Source of the DNA: Zootoca vivipara
Lineage: Eukaryota
DNA: 64,000 nucleotides
Direction: 5' to 3'
Assembly: GCF_963506605.1 (NCBI RefSeq)
Contig: NC_083277.1
Coordinates: 3,658,001 to 3,722,000, forward strand
Position numbers and translations under genes: made by a program. This document shows positions 21,398 to 37,955 of this stretch, one piece after another. The notes beneath the pieces were generated by a model. It had not been told where the DNA came from. It searched no databases and worked only from the letters and a program-made list of their open reading frames with translations. Position 1 is the first letter of the stretch, and each line of letters begins with the position of its first letter.

Positions 21398-22200
21398 CCT
21401 GACAGTAAGAGCTGTTTGACAGTGGAATTTGCTGCCAAGGAGTGTGGTGAAGTCTCCTTCTTTGGAGGTCTTTAAGCAGACGCTTGACAGGCATATGTCA
21501 GGAATGCTTTGGTGGTGTTTCCTGCTTGGCAGGGGGTTGGACTGGATGGCCCTTCTGGTCTCTTGAACTGAGGTGCCCAGAACTGGACACAGTACTCCAG
21601 GTGAGGTCTGACCAGAGCAGAATACAGTGGTACTATTACTTCCCTTGATCTAGGTGCTATACTCCTATTGATGCAGCCCAGAATTGCATTGGCTTTTTTA
21701 GCTGCTGCATCACACTGTTGACTGTCTAATCGGTTAAGGTCATTTTGAAGTGCAATCCTGTCCTCTGGGGTATTAGCCACCCCTCCCAATTTGGTGTCAT
21801 CTGCAAACTTGCTCAGGATGCCCTCAAGCCCATCATCCAAGTCATTGATAAAGATGTTGAATAAGACTGGGCCCAAGACAGAACCCTGTGGCACACCACT
21901 AGTCACTTCTCTCCAGGATGAAGAGGAGCCATTGATGAGCACCCTTTGGGTTCGATAAGTCAGCCAGTTACAAATCCACTGAATAACTCCACTGAATGGT
22001 AGCATTGTCTAGCCCGCATTTTACCAGCTTCTTTACAAGAATATCATGGGGCACCTTGTCAAAGGCCTTGCTGAAATCAAGATAGGCTATATCCACAGCA
22101 TTCCCTTCATCTACCAGGCTTGTAATGCTGTCAAAAAATGAGATCAGATTAGAAACATAGAATCATAGAGTTGGAAGAGACCACAAGGGCCATCTAGTCT
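21398..22200 (-). mobile_element. CR1 LINE fragments, multiply deleted
   Basis: ORF 21472-22005 has [23 protein letters not shown] and [19 protein letters not shown]. Confidence 0.9.
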
Positions 22201-22714
22201 ATCATGACCCAGAGCCTAGTTCTTTCGCCATAAGAACATTCCTTTTCTTATCAAAATCCAGGCGTTCTGCCAAATGTAGGAACAAAACATGCTGGACAGA
22301 AAGGCATATGAGCATAGATTCCTATACCAGGTGGCTTGTATGTAAACAAGGAAACTAACTGGCAGAAAACAGCGCCTCTCATCATCTCTCTAGTAGGCCA
22401 AAAAGACAGAGAAGATTAGGAAAGCAATTATACATGGCTCATTTCTCGCAGTTTTGTACCTGAAAAGCATAGGCTCACACCTATAGGCCTACACCTGCTT
22501 ACATCACAAGGTGTATACTCTGACGGAAACTTTCCACACGCCATACATTTAAATGGATTCTCCTGTGTGAGTTCTCTGGTGTTTACTAAGTTCATCACGT
22601 CGGCTGTAGCTCTTTCCACACTCCAAGCATTTAAAGTGTTTCACCCCAGTGTGAGTTTGCCGGTGTGTTCTAAGGCCTCCACTATGACTGAACCTCTTCC
22701 CACACTGCATGCAT

Positions 22715-24339
22715 TTAAATGGTTTCTACACCTGTGTGAGTTCGCTGATGTGAAGTGAGGTTTGAACTCTGACGGAAACTCTTTCCACACTCCAAGCATT
22801 TAAACGGTTTAACCGCTGTGTGAGTTTGCAGGTGTGTTGTAAGGTTTGAACTCTGACGGAAACTCTTTCCACACTCCATACATTTAAGTGGTTTCTCCCC
22901 TGTGTGAATTCGTTGGTGTTCTGCATGTGTTCGACTATCACTGGAAGTCTTTCCACATTCCAAACATTTAAATGGTTTCTCCCCCGTGTGAGTTCGCTGA
23001 TGTCTAGTGAGGGTTGTCTTTCGGCTGAACCACTTTCCACACTTTAGACATTCAAATGGTTTCTCCCCCGTGTGAGTTCGCTGATGTGAAGTGAGGTGTG
23101 TCTTTTGGCTGAACCACTTTCCACACTTTAGACATTCAAATGGTTTCTCCCCTGTGTGAGTCCGTTGATGTATTCGAAGTGAATTGCTATGACGGAATCT
23201 CTTTCCACACTCCATACAAGTAAATGGCTTTTCCCCTGTGTGAATTAGTTGATGTTTTCTAAGTGTTGCCTTTTCACCGAAGCTCTTTTTACACTCTATA
23301 CATTTAAAAGGTTTCTCCCCTGTGTGAGTTTGATGATGTGAATAGAGTTGTGCATTCTGATTAAAGCTCTTTCCACACTCCATACATTTAAATGGTTTTT
23401 CCCCTGTATGAATTAGCTGGTGTAGTTTAAGAATGTCATTACGACTAAAACTTTTTCCACACTCCATACATTTAAATGGTTTCTCTCCTGTGTGAATCCG
23501 CTGGTGTCTTGTAAGCTTTCCACTCTGCCTGAAGCACTTCCCACATTCCACACATTCATATTGTTTTTCCCCTGCATGATTAAATAGTCTTTCCCCCGTG
23601 TGACTTCGTTGAAGGTTTGAAAGTTTCACCTTCTGACTAAAGCTCTTTCCACACACAGGACGCTTAAATGGTTCCCCCCCTGTGTAAGTCTGTCGATGGT
23701 TTGTAAGGTCTCCACCAGCAATGAAGCTCATTCCACATTCTGCAGAGTTCTGTTGATTATCTGCTTTGGAGCAAAGGGTGGAAATGCTTTTAGGGTTTCA
23801 AGGAACAACTTTGTATGAGGGGCGATATAAAAATTAAATAATTATAATTGTCTAGAAAAAATAAAAGTGGTAGAGGTGCTTCAAATAAATAAATAATCTA
23901 TAATTACTGGAAGCATTTCCATAAGACCCTTTACCCCTATTTCTGTATTAGTTTAGGTAATCATCATCATCATTTAATCATGTCTAAAGTGTGGAAACAT
24001 GTAAAATCGAAATCCTGGGAGATGAAAAAGGTTTCTGGCTACACTATGAAAGCAGATTCCAGAAACAAAGAGGAGCATGGGAGAAGGCCTCCCTGCTTCC
24101 TGCTTCCTGCCTTTTCTCTCCTCTCCATCTTCTCCCCTTGCCAATGTGTCCCCCCCCCCGGTCTCTATCCACCCCCTGCCCCCATCTCTTATCCCCTGAA
24201 ACTCACCAGATCTCTCTGAGGGTCCTGGGAGGGAATGCTCAACTGTTTTGGGGAGGGATGCAGGAGGCAGCCTGACTAAGTCAACCGTCCATCTTCCCCC
24301 TTGCATCCTCGCCAGGTTTGCAGGATCAGCCTCTTCCAT
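22715..24339 (-). CDS. ZNF unit B: predicted spliced CDS join(24339-24207, 23760-22715), ~392 aa, 10 C2H2 fingers; additional upstream cassette exon 28058-27885
   Basis: Phase-1 donor and acceptor join in frame; TGEKPF linkers; ends by frameshift (TGVETI*); its promoter appears lost at the 29403 breakpoint. Confidence 0.7.
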
Positions 24340-26724
24340 CCTTCGTGAGGCGCTCAGAAGCCAAAGCAAGCTGCAGGATCCTGGGAGGGAGGAAGAAGCA
24401 AAGGGAGCCTAAGAGACCCTGCAAGCGTTTTCCTGCCCCAGAGGTTTAGCTCTTGAAGGCTAAGTCTCCCTGTGTGTGGAGTTACCACACACAGTTTCCA
24501 TGGTGAAAGAGGGGGACCTTCCTCTTGAAACACACTTTGCAAGAAAGCCCTGCCACATAGAGTGACTGGGGAAACTCAGCCAGATGGGTGGGATATAAAT
24601 AACATCATCCTCATGACTAGAGTCATGCCTATTGCATCTACTTTTACCTCTGTTAGATGGGAGTTTTGGCACTGCAGTCTCCCTGGCCACAAGCTCCCAG
24701 TGATTTCAATAAAAAAAACCACAATAATAACACATATTATTATCCCCCCGCCCATCTGGCAGGGTTTCCCCAGCCACTCTGCTGGCTGCTAGGTCCTCCC
24801 CCAATGTGGAAGAAATGAATACAAATGAATTTTATTCTTAAGGAAGGAATAGTAAAAATGACCATGCCTGCCTTAAGGTTCTGTGAGCAAAGAATATCAC
24901 AAACAGCCCAAAGGAGGGGCCACTTCGCAGAACTGTTTATCTATGCACAAGAATGTTTGACAACCTGAGTTTAATTGCTGGAGACACTTAAAATGAGTCA
25001 ATTGACTGATCTGACAGAGTTCCGTCACTGCTGGGACCTCAGAAAGGCCACCGACTTAAGGGGACACCTACACCAGGGGTCAGCAAACTTTTTCAGCAGG
25101 GGGCCAGTCCCCTGTCCCTTAGACCTTGCCGTGGGGGGTAGCAGACTATATTTTGAAAAAAGAAAAATGAACGAATTCCTATGCCCCACAAATAAACCCA
25201 GAGATGCATTTTAAATAAAAGCACACATTCTGCTCATGTAAAAACGCACTGATTTCCGGACCATCCACGGGCCGGATTTAGAAGGAGAATGGGCGGGATG
25301 TGGCCCCCGGGCCTTAGTTTGCCTACCCATGCTCTGCACCGATCAGTTCTGGACTAGGGACTCTGGACACAGAGGAACTAGCTGTAAGTACACTCTGGAC
25401 GCGGAACATTGAATATTTACCTGTGTGGGAGAGTATAGGTTAAAACTGCAATAAGGAGACCTAAAAGGCACCTGTCTCTCCAAGTCTCCAAGTAGGGTTT
25501 AAGAGTCAAGGGAATGTTAGAGGTCAGAACTGGTGTATTGTAAGAAAATGGTTGTACGATTGAAAGAAGGAAGACTAGAATAGAAAGCCTGCAGGAAGTC
25601 AGTTTGTCTTACGTTGTGAGTTTAAGGACGGATGTGAGAAGTAGCTGTTTTGAAAAGAGGAAAGTAAAAAGGAAGAGAAACGCCAAGACAAGATGATGGC
25701 AGCTGTAGTAAAAGAGGCTCAAGGAAGTGAGATGGACAAGACTGGGGGAAAGGAATGTTTGCGCCTATTGCAAGCAGACAGGAGATTGGAAAAGGGAATG
25801 GTGTAAATGTTCGGTTTCTGATAATTGGTTCTCATGGGAAACCTACAGGTTCTTACTTCACACAATTAACTCAAGGCAGTGTCAATTTACTCTTGGCAGA
25901 AAGCCATGGCCTGCCTGGCCTGGCAACAACTCTCTGATTGGTTGATGACCAGCACTGAACTCTGTTAGCTAGGAATGCTAGCACAGTTGTTTCTTGTGGG
26001 TGTTAGGAGTAGGAGTGCTGCGTATGGTTGGAGAGAGAGAGACAGAGAGGATTTATTTTGCTTTGCTTTGTATGCAGAAACTCTGCTGGTTTTATTTTCT
26101 TTTAATAAATCCTGTAAATAGTTATTCTGCGTCTAGCCGACTAGTCATTTCTACCTCAACTAGCTTCTGCGCTGTGCAGGAAAACTCTGCTACGTTTGGG
26201 CTAAAGCCACTACAGCTATGCCTGACACTTCAAAATCCTAAGAGTAAAAGGTTAGAGGATGTGGCAGATTGGAGAGGAATAGGAACAGGAGCAAGAGAGG
26301 AAAAGATAAGGAGCTATGAGGGCTGATGCCCTCCAGGATTAGGGGAATCAGGGGTCCAGCACCTCCTGGAAAAATACGAAGGGGACCCCATGGTAAAACT
26401 CCAAATCAGGGGTGCCACTATAGAAGCATTGATATGTATGTTTGATTAGCATCCCCTGCATTGTAAAGGGGGTTGGACTGGATGACCTTTATGGTTTTAT
26501 GGCATCACCTACACTTTTTGGAGGACAGTTGCAAAGGAACTTAGAGAGATGGAAAGCCCAGCACCCTGAAATCACCTGGTGCAATATGCGGATGACATGC
26601 CAAAGAATATGAACAATGCGTAGATTGTTAAATTATTAAGGAGAAGCTGGATATAAAGTGTGCAAGGAAAAAACCCAGATTGGAAAAGAACAGGGTTCTA
26701 ATAGGATTCTGTCGAAACTGGATA

Positions 26725-27637
26725 CAGTGGTGCCTCGCTAGATGAATGCCCTGCTAGACGAAAATTCCGCTTAACGAAAGGATTTTCTGATCGGAGGTTG
26801 CCTCGCTATACGACGAAGTTTTCTATGGGCACCACTTCGTCTTGCGAAGCGTGGCCATAAAAACCTCCGATCAGAAAATCAGGGCATTCATCTAGCGAAA
26901 GGGGAACCAGCTGTAGCAAGGAAAGAAGGCCTCTCAGCTGATCTTCCTTTGCCTTCTTTCCCTGCTGCAGCTGGTTCCCCTTTGTGTTCCGCTGGTCTCT
27001 GCCCCGCTGTGTTTCGGGCGGAATGGGGGGGAAACGCAGGATCTTTCCTGTCTTTCCCTCCCATCCTGCCTGTCACACAGCGGGGATCGTAGAAGGCTTG
27101 AGAAGCCCTCTACGATTCCCACTGTGTGTCGGGCGGGATGGGAGGGAAGCGCAGGATCTTTCCTGTCTTCCCACCCATCCGGCCCGACACACAACGGGGC
27201 ATCGTAGGGGGCTTCTCAAGCCCCCTATGATCCCTGCTGTGTTGGGCTTGCCCGGGCGCTTCAGCTCCGGGAAGCAGGCAGGGAGATGGCAACAGCCCGG
27301 GAAGCTGCGGGCTGTTGCCGTCTCCCTGCCTGCTTCCCCGAGCCGTAGCGCATCGGGGGACAGAGCCGAAGATCAGGGGGCGCTGTTTGCTGGGGTTGAC
27401 AAGCCCCGCAAGCAGCGCCCGCCGATCTTCGTGCGACAGGCTGTGGGGAAGGCAGGCAGGCAAGAGAGCAAGCGCCTGCCTGCTTGCCTGCCTTCCCCAC
27501 CGCCAGTCCCCTGGAGCCCATAGGAACACATTAAGTTTCAATGCATTCCTATGGGAAACCGGGACTCCCTAGACGAAAATTTCATTTCATGAATTGACCC
27601 GTGGAACGAATTAATTTCGTCTAGCGAGGCACCACTG
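26725..27637. mobile_element. Non-autonomous Tc1/mariner (Tigger-like) element
   Basis: TIRs CAGTGGTGCCTCGCTAGA / TCTAGCGAGGCACCACTG; TA TSD; empty site in paralogs (~42995). Confidence 0.9.
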
Positions 27638-29139
27638 TACCACTATATGAGGGCTGGCACAGTCCTTGCATAATTCTCCTATAAAAGAGAACATAAAGAA
27701 CTGGGAATGGACTAAATAAATGAAAAATGCCTTTATTTTATTATATAACACATAAGAATTAGTACCTTAAAATGTTGCCACCTTGTAAAGATCCCTGGGA
27801 CAGGTTTGTCCAACACCTTGCCAATGTGCCCCCCCCCCCGTCTCTATCCATGCCCGCCCCCATCTCTTTTCCCCTGAAACTCACCAGATCTCTCTGAGGG
27901 CCCTGGGAGGGAATGCTCAACTGTTTTGGGGAGGGATGCAGGAGGCAGCCTGACCAAGTCAACCGTCCATCTTCCCCCTTCCATCCTCGCTAGGTTTGCA
28001 GGATCAGACTCTTTCAAACTTCCTAGGGAGCTCAGAAGTGAAAAGAAGCCGCTGGTTCCTGAGACGGAAGAAGAAGAAAAAGGAGCTTCAGAGACGCTGC
28101 AAGCATTTTCCTGCCCCAGAGGTTTAGCTGTTGAAGAGCAAGTCTCCTTGTGTGTAGATTTACCACACACAGTTTCCATGGTGAAAGAGGGGGGCCTTCC
28201 TCTTGAAACACACTTTGGAAGAAAACCCTGCCACCTTCAGTGACTGGGGAAACCCAGCCAGATGGGTGGGATATAAATAACGTCATCATCATCATCATCA
28301 TCATCATCATGATTGGAGTCATGCCTTTTGTGTCTACTTTTATAACTGTTAGATGGGAGCTTTGGTATTGCAGCCTCCCTGGCCACAAGCTCCCAGTGAC
28401 TTCAATTAAAAAACACCACAATAACAACAATTATTATTATTATTACCCCAGGCATCTGGCAGGGTTTCCCCAGCCACAAACTCCCTTCCTCCAGCCTTCC
28501 TTCCTTTCCACTGTAGCCCCTCCCCCCAGGTCATGTGCCCTAGAAGAGAATATGCCCACGCAACACAAAGATACTGTAGACAAAAAATTATGCAGGAAGA
28601 AATATCTGGATATAAAAAGAAGAAAAAGGGAAGGGGGTAATCATAATATGTAATAGAAAAGAAATTAGCATTATGAACGCCCTCCCATCAGAGGTCAGGG
28701 AGAAGAACTACCTGACATTTAGAAAACACCTAAAGGCAGCCCTGTTTAGGGAAGTTTTTAATCTGTGATATTTTAATGTATTTTTATATTTGTTGGAAGC
28801 CGCCCAGAATGGCCAGGGAAACCCAGCCAGATGGGCGGGTTATAAATAATAAATAATAAATAATAAATAATAAATAATAACCGTGGAAGGGGGGGGAGAG
28901 AGGAAAGTCAACATTAAATGTGTATATTATATTTGGGTGAATGTTAGTGTGTTATTTGTAAAAAGAAAACGAAAAATGGAATTTATTATAAAATTCCAGA
29001 GAGGGGCATCCGGTTAGGGTGCAATAGATTCTAATGGATTGCTTTGAAGTCAATTCAGCGCCAAATAACAATAACAATAACAATAATAATAATAAATGTC
29101 CTTCAGTAGCACCTTAAAGACCAACTAAGTTTTTATTTT

Positions 29140-29179
29140 GGTATGAGCTTTCGTGTGCATGCACAGTTCATCAGATACC
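29140..29179 (-). ncRNA. Minimal hammerhead ribozyme, duplicate of 8801-8840, in a Penelope remnant (~29100-29256)
   Basis: Exact reverse complement of 8801-8840. Confidence 0.75.
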
Positions 29180-29403
29180 CGATACCAGATATCAGGTGCT
29201 ACTGAAGGAATTTTTTAATTTTGTTTCGACTCAGACCAACACGGCTACCTACCTGTAATAATAATAATAAAGAATCGCTCCCCCCTCACCGCCCTGCGCG
29301 TATTTTGCCGGAACAAAGGCAGCAACCCTAAGCAATTATGACCCACGTCGACCGAAGGGCTGCCTCGGTGTAAGGCCGCGTCCCACGTTTGGATCCCCCA
29401 GAA

Positions 29404-31307
<1,904 letters not shown>

Positions 31308-32454
31308 TAATTGCTTTCCTAAAACCATCTTCTCTGTGTCTTTTTGGCCTACTAGAGAGATTATGAGAGGTGCTGTTTTCTGCCAGTTAGTTTCCTTGTT
31401 TACATACAGGCCACCTGGTACAGTATAGGAATCTATGCTCATATGCCTTTCTGTCCAGCATGTTTTGTTCCTACATTTGGCAGAACGCCTGGATTTTGAG
31501 AATGCCTGAATTAAGAAAAGGAATGTTCTTATGGCGAAATAACTAGGCTCTGGGTCATGATAGACTGAGAAATGTCCTTCGCCAGGGAACTTATACCAAT
31601 AATGTATCGTTTGCTTTCTGTATTGTTTTCTATGTCTTATATTGATTATGGTTTTTATGTTTGCCAATGGTTGATTGTAACTGTATGAGAATGCACCTAT
31701 GTTGGAATCACTTAGCAGTGAGCGGTGAGTTTCAGGGGGGAAGGAGAGATGGGGCAGGGATAGATGGAGACAGGAGTCCAGTTCTTTATGTTCTCTTTTA
31801 TAAGAGAATTATACAAGGACTGTGCCAGACCTCATACACTGGTACCCAGTTTTGACAGAATCCTGTTAGCTCCAAAGATGACCTCAGGGCTTTGGGGCTC
31901 ATAGGGAGTGGATTATCCAAAATAACTTGACCTCTCTCTGTTCCAAGGGCCCTGGTCCCTTTTCTCAATTCATATCCAATAAAAATCACCTGTTCTTTTC
32001 CAATCTGGGCTTTTTCCTTAGACACTTTATATACTGCTTCTCCTTAATGATTTAATAAGGAGATGGTGGCATCTACGCATTGTTCATATTCTTTGGCATG
32101 TCATCCGCATATTGCACCAGGTGATTTCAGGGTGCTGGGCTTTCCATCCCTCCATGGTGAAAGAGGGGGGCCTTCCTCTTCAAACACACTTTGGAAGAAA
32201 ACCCTGCCACCTAGAGTGACTGGGGAAACCCAGCCAGATGGGTGGGATATAAATAACATCATCATCATCATTGGAGTCATGCCTTTTGTGTCTACAGTGG
32301 TACCTCGGTTTAAGTACACAATTGGTTCCAGAAGTCTGTACTTATCCTGAAGCCTACTTAACCTGAAGTGAATTTTCCCATTGAAAGTAATGGTAAGTGG
32401 ATTAATCCATTCCAGACGGTACGCAGAGTACTCAACCTGAAGCATACTTAACCC

Positions 32455-33180
<726 letters not shown>

Positions 33181-34674
33181 GGGGGGGGAGATTTGGTCAG
33201 ACATTAACTCAGAGCTTCAGTGTGAGCAAGGCAATATGGGTGAAGGTTTTTGAGGTCAAAATGGTCCAGTGAAGATGGATAAAGGCTTTCAGGGATCTTA
33301 ACTTTTATCTCCTATCTACCTCACCTTCTGGAACACAGGGCATGCTTGGTAATATCTATCATAAAATATTGGGGGGTGGGTGGGTAGGTAAATCACATGT
33401 CAAGGCACAGACTCACCATTTGAATGGCAATCCCCATCAGTCTTTTTTTTTTGCCTCTTCTTGAACCGTGGATTATTTCCTGAAGCCCCCCCCCCTACTA
33501 TGTCAGCTGTTGCTCTGCTTCCCTCTCTTCTGCTTCCCTCTCCTCCTCTGCCTCTCCCATAATTTCACAACTTTTCAGAATCGTCTCCGATAGAGACACA
33601 TGCCCAGCTAGCATGTTCTCTCCCTCCTGGTCGATCGTTTGGGAGCTTCAAAAGCTTTCTTCAGCCCGAACATCACAGCGACGGATACCAAGAGGCGTCA
33701 GCACACTTAGGAACAGCAGAGTGTTAGCAGTTTGCGTAACATACTCAATAGCTCAGCATTTTGGCTAAACTACTTTATTCACATATAATACACTTGGAGC
33801 ATTCTGACTTAGCTCCTTCCTCTTTCTCATCAAACAGCAAAGAGAGAAAGGACAAAGGACAAACGGAACACAGTAACATAAACATCCTGTCTCCGTCACT
33901 TCCCACTATGTGGAAGTAAAACATATGCCATCATGTGATCATTTGTAAAGAAACTAAAGATATGAACAATTCAAAGAAATGGAAATTATGGGAAATGTAC
34001 TGATATGCATATGCAGATTTAGGGGAAATGTTATAAGGACCCATGTAGGGGATTCGGAGAGTCTCATGAAATTATATGTTCAATTTTTTGTTTTGTTTTT
34101 TACTACTTTCTTTTTGTGTGTAAAAACCAATAAAAATATTTCAGAAAAAAAATTAATGCATTAGTCTTTTAAGTTGTGAGAAGACTTTTTCCTCTTCTCA
34201 CCACCAGTCCATGCTTTTCCCAGTTCTTCTGCTTTCCTGTTACAGGCATATAGGAAGCTGTCAAATACCAAGACAGACCATAGATCCATCTAGCTTAATA
34301 GTAGTCGCTGCTGATTGGCAGCACATGCCCAGGGTTTTCCTGCCCCCCCCCGTAAAAAGTCCGCTCGGCGGATGTTTATTTTTGTATTATTGTAGCTATT
34401 TGTTTTATTACTGTGGGATTTCCAAAAGAAAGCATTTGTAAAAATTAAAAGAAAAATAAAAAAAAATAAGTTGCATTACTGAAATAAATGCACTTTTCGA
34501 CGATATTCTCCTGGGATACAGCAGGCTCTGCACTGCCCCCCAAAGCACTGCGGGCTTGCAGGATGCCGGAGCAGAATGGGGCTCGGAATTGCCAGCTGTT
34601 TGGTTTCGGCTGAGCTTGTGTCAGACTCCTCCTCCCAGAGCAATTGACTCCCTCTGGGGAAAATCCCTGGGCCC

Positions 34675-35165
34675 CTAGGAGTTGGCCCCTATGGATGCCC
34701 CATTCCCAGCGTGGGAGCCTAGCCAAGCGTTGCCATGTCCTGAATCTGGCGGGATCTCACGGCTGGATCCGGATCCCTCCCAGTGCCTCGCCCGCTTTTT
34801 CCCTGGGCAGGAATCCCCGAGCGGCGAGGCCACGTAAGGGTTAAAGGGAGAGAGAGAGCTGGGCTGCCTAGAGCGGTCTGCAAAAGGCCCCTCTCTCCCT
34901 CTCCTCGTCTCGTCCCATTTTTTCCGCTTGTCTTGGGAGGCCTCTGGGGCGGTGAGTCCTTTGGGCAAAGGGGAGCCTGGGGGCGATGGGGGTGCAGAGG
35001 AGGCTGTTGGGGGGGCACTGAGAGACCCACCTACGCCCCCCGGGGGGAGGGTTTTTTTGGGGGGGCTCAGAAGTGGGAGCCCCATGATAAGTGGTGGCTT
35101 CAAGTGGGGAAAGAGGATGGGCACCTATATTTGGCAGGTGCTTTCCTTGCGACCCCTGCATTGCG
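34675..35165 (+). promoter_or_regulatory. CpG-rich promoter and putative non-coding exon 1 of unit E (donor CAC|GTAAGG at ~34833)
   Basis: CpG-rich; the GTAAGGGTTAA motif has counterparts in the other promoter copies (~3445, ~40011, ~395 on minus). Confidence 0.55.
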
Positions 35166-36292
35166 GGGGGGGGGGGGTTGGACTAGATGACCCTCAGGGT
35201 ACCTTCCAGCTCCACAGTTCTATGGTTCCATGGGGCCATGAGGGCTTTGGCCCCCACAATAAAACACTTGATTGGGCGTGGGGTGGGTGGGTGTCTGTGC
35301 ACTGTGTCATGTGATCAGTTATGTGGGGTGGGGATTTCCTTCCCCCCCCAATGTTTAATTCAAGTTGGCACCCCTGGGGTGGAGAGAGAGAGAGACACGT
35401 GGCCTTTGGGCAAAAGGGCTCCATCTTGGGTGCTGGCAGGGAAATCTCCGGAGGGGCTGCCTTGGCTTCTCCCTCCGGCCCAGCACTCTCCTTAAAGTCA
35501 CATCCAAAAATGAGGGGAAGGGGGGGGTCCCAATTCCTCCCCCCCTTCCTACTTGGAAACTGCATCTCCCCCGGGGACTGGGGGCTCCCAAGGTAGGATG
35601 CTGCACGACTCCGAATTAGACCATTGGTTCTCCTGGGTCAGTGTTGCTGACACAGACTGGCAGCAATGTTTCTTTGGGGTTTCGCAGGCAGGGAGTTCCT
35701 CTCAGCCCTATCTGGCTGGGGATTGATCCTGGCAATTTTATGCATGCAAAGAAGCTTCCCACCTAAATCTGGTTGGCCACCCTGAGGTCAGGAGGCTGAC
35801 TAGGTGGGCCATTTGGCCTGACCCAGCAGGACTCTCGTGATGTTCTTAAGAGTTGCACCCCTTTCCCCTAAATGGGTGGGGGGAGAAGGAGGGCGACTGC
35901 AGTGCCAGAGTTCCAAGATGGCAAGCACAAAAGTCAAAAAAGCCCTGGCTGGAGGGAGGGAGGGGAACATCCTTCTCCGAAGTCTCACCTGGTGCATGTT
36001 TCTGGCTGTCAGAAAAGGAGGAATAGGCAGAGCAGCCCTGTGCAGATTTACTCATAAGGAAGCCCCGGCGGGGAGAGGACAGATTGAATTGGTATCACAA
36101 AAAAACCTTTAAAAATGGGGCTCCTGTTGGGAAGGGGGAACGGGCTTCTCTGGGGCAGGAGAATGTTTTGGGCAGGAGAATCCCTGAAGGGACTCTTGAG
36201 GCTCCCTTTGCGTCTTCTTCCCTCCCAGGAACCTGCAGCTTCTGAGCTCCTCAGGAAGGACCAAAGAGGCTGATCCTGCAAACCTAGTGAGG

Positions 36293-37955
36293 ATGGAAGG
36301 TGGAAGATGGACAGTTTACTTGGTCAGGCTGCCTCCTGCATCCCTCCACAAAACAGTTGAGGATTCCCTCCCAGGACCCTCAGAGAGATCTGGTGAGTTT
36401 CAGGGGGAAAGAGATGGGGGTAGGGGGTGGATAGAGACAGGAGGGGGAAAACACATTGGCAAGGGGAGAAGATGGAGAGGAAAGAAAAGGCAGGAAGAAG
36501 GAAACAGAGAGGCCTTCTCCCATTCTCCTCTTTGTTTCTGGAATCTGCTTTCATAGAGTAGCCAGAAACCTTTTTCATCTCACAGGATTTTGATTTTACA
36601 GGTTTCCTCCCCACTACACGATTAAATGATGATTACTTAAAGTAATACATAAATATTGGTAAAGGGTGTTATGGAAAATCCTTTCAGTAATTATAGATTA
36701 TTTATTTATTCGAAGCACCTCTACCACTTATATTTTTTCTAGACAATTATAATTATTTATGTAATTTATATATTGCCCTTCATACAAAGATGTTCCTTGG
36801 AACCCTAAAAGCATTTCCCCCCTTTGCTCCAAAGCAGGTGACGCAGACAATCAACAGAAATCTGCAGAATGTGGAATGAGCTTCATTGCTGGTGGAGACC
36901 TTACAAACCATCAACAGACTCACGCAGGGAGTAAACCATTTCATTGTACTGTGTGTGGAAAGAGCTTTGGTCGGAAAAATACGCTTGAACAGCACCAACA
37001 AACTCACACAGGGGGGAAACCATTTCAGTGTAATGAGTGTGGGAAGAGCTTCGGTCGGAATTATACGCTTGAACGGCACCAACAAACTCACACAGGGGGA
37101 AAACCATACGAATGTATGGAGTGTGGAAAGTCTTTTGGCTACAAATCACACCTTACCAGACACCAGCGAACTCACACAGGGGAGAAGCCTTTTAAATGCA
37201 TGGAATGCAAAAAGTGCTTCAGCGTAGGTAGAGACCTTTCAAGACATCTACAAATACACACAAGGGAGAAACCCTTTAAATGTATGTTGTGTGGGAAATG
37301 TTTCAGTGACGAAGGAAACCTTGCAAGACACCAACTAACTCACACAGGGGAGAAGGCATGGCAATGTATGGAGTGTCAAAAGTCGTTCAGTCAGAAATCA
37401 CACCTTACCACACACCAGCGAACTCACACAGGGGAGAGGCCATTTAAATGCATGGAGTGCGGAAAGGACTTCAATGAAAATCCAAAGCTTAAGATACATC
37501 TACGAACTCACACAGGGGAGAAACCTTTTAAATGTCTGGAATGCGGAAAGGGCTTTAATCAGAGTGGACACCTTACTGTACATCAACGTATTCATACAGG
37601 GGAGAAACCCTTGAAATGTATGGAGTGTGGGAAGAGCTTCCGAGAAGGTTCAGCATTTAGTGTACATGTACGAACTCACACAGGGGAGAAACCTTTTAAA
37701 TGTTTGGAGTGTGGAAAGTGCTTCATTGCTAGTGGAACACTTCGGAAACATCAGCGAATTCACACAGGGGAGAAACCCTTGAAATGTATGGAGTGTGGGA
37801 AGAGCTTCCGAGAAGGTTCAGCATTTAGAGTACATTTACGAACTCACACAGGGGAAAAACCATTTCAGTGTATTGAGTGTGGAAAGTGCTTCATTGCTAG
37901 TGGAGCACTTCGGAAGCACCAGCGAATTCACACAGGGGACAAGCCACTTGTATAA
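36293..37955 (+). CDS. ZNF unit E: predicted spliced CDS join(36293-36392, 36838-37955), ~405 aa, 12 C2H2 fingers
   Basis: ATG-GAA-GGT..TCT-G|GTGAGT joined to AAAGCAG|GT-GAC.. is in frame with ORF 36876-37955; all 12 fingers canonical. Confidence 0.8.

Noticed and set aside
22715-23600. 84-bp periodic conserved/variable pattern resembling a CRISPR array
   Set aside because: It is zinc-finger codon periodicity in a vertebrate genome; no cas genes.
33500-33940. Possible LTR or other retroelement fragment
   Set aside because: Termini and TSD could not be defined.
35170-36228. Searched for a KRAB-A or SCAN exon between promoter and cassette (also 40500-41268)
   Set aside because: No VTFE.VAV.F..EEW or SCAN-like translation seen by eye; an HMM scan is needed to be sure.
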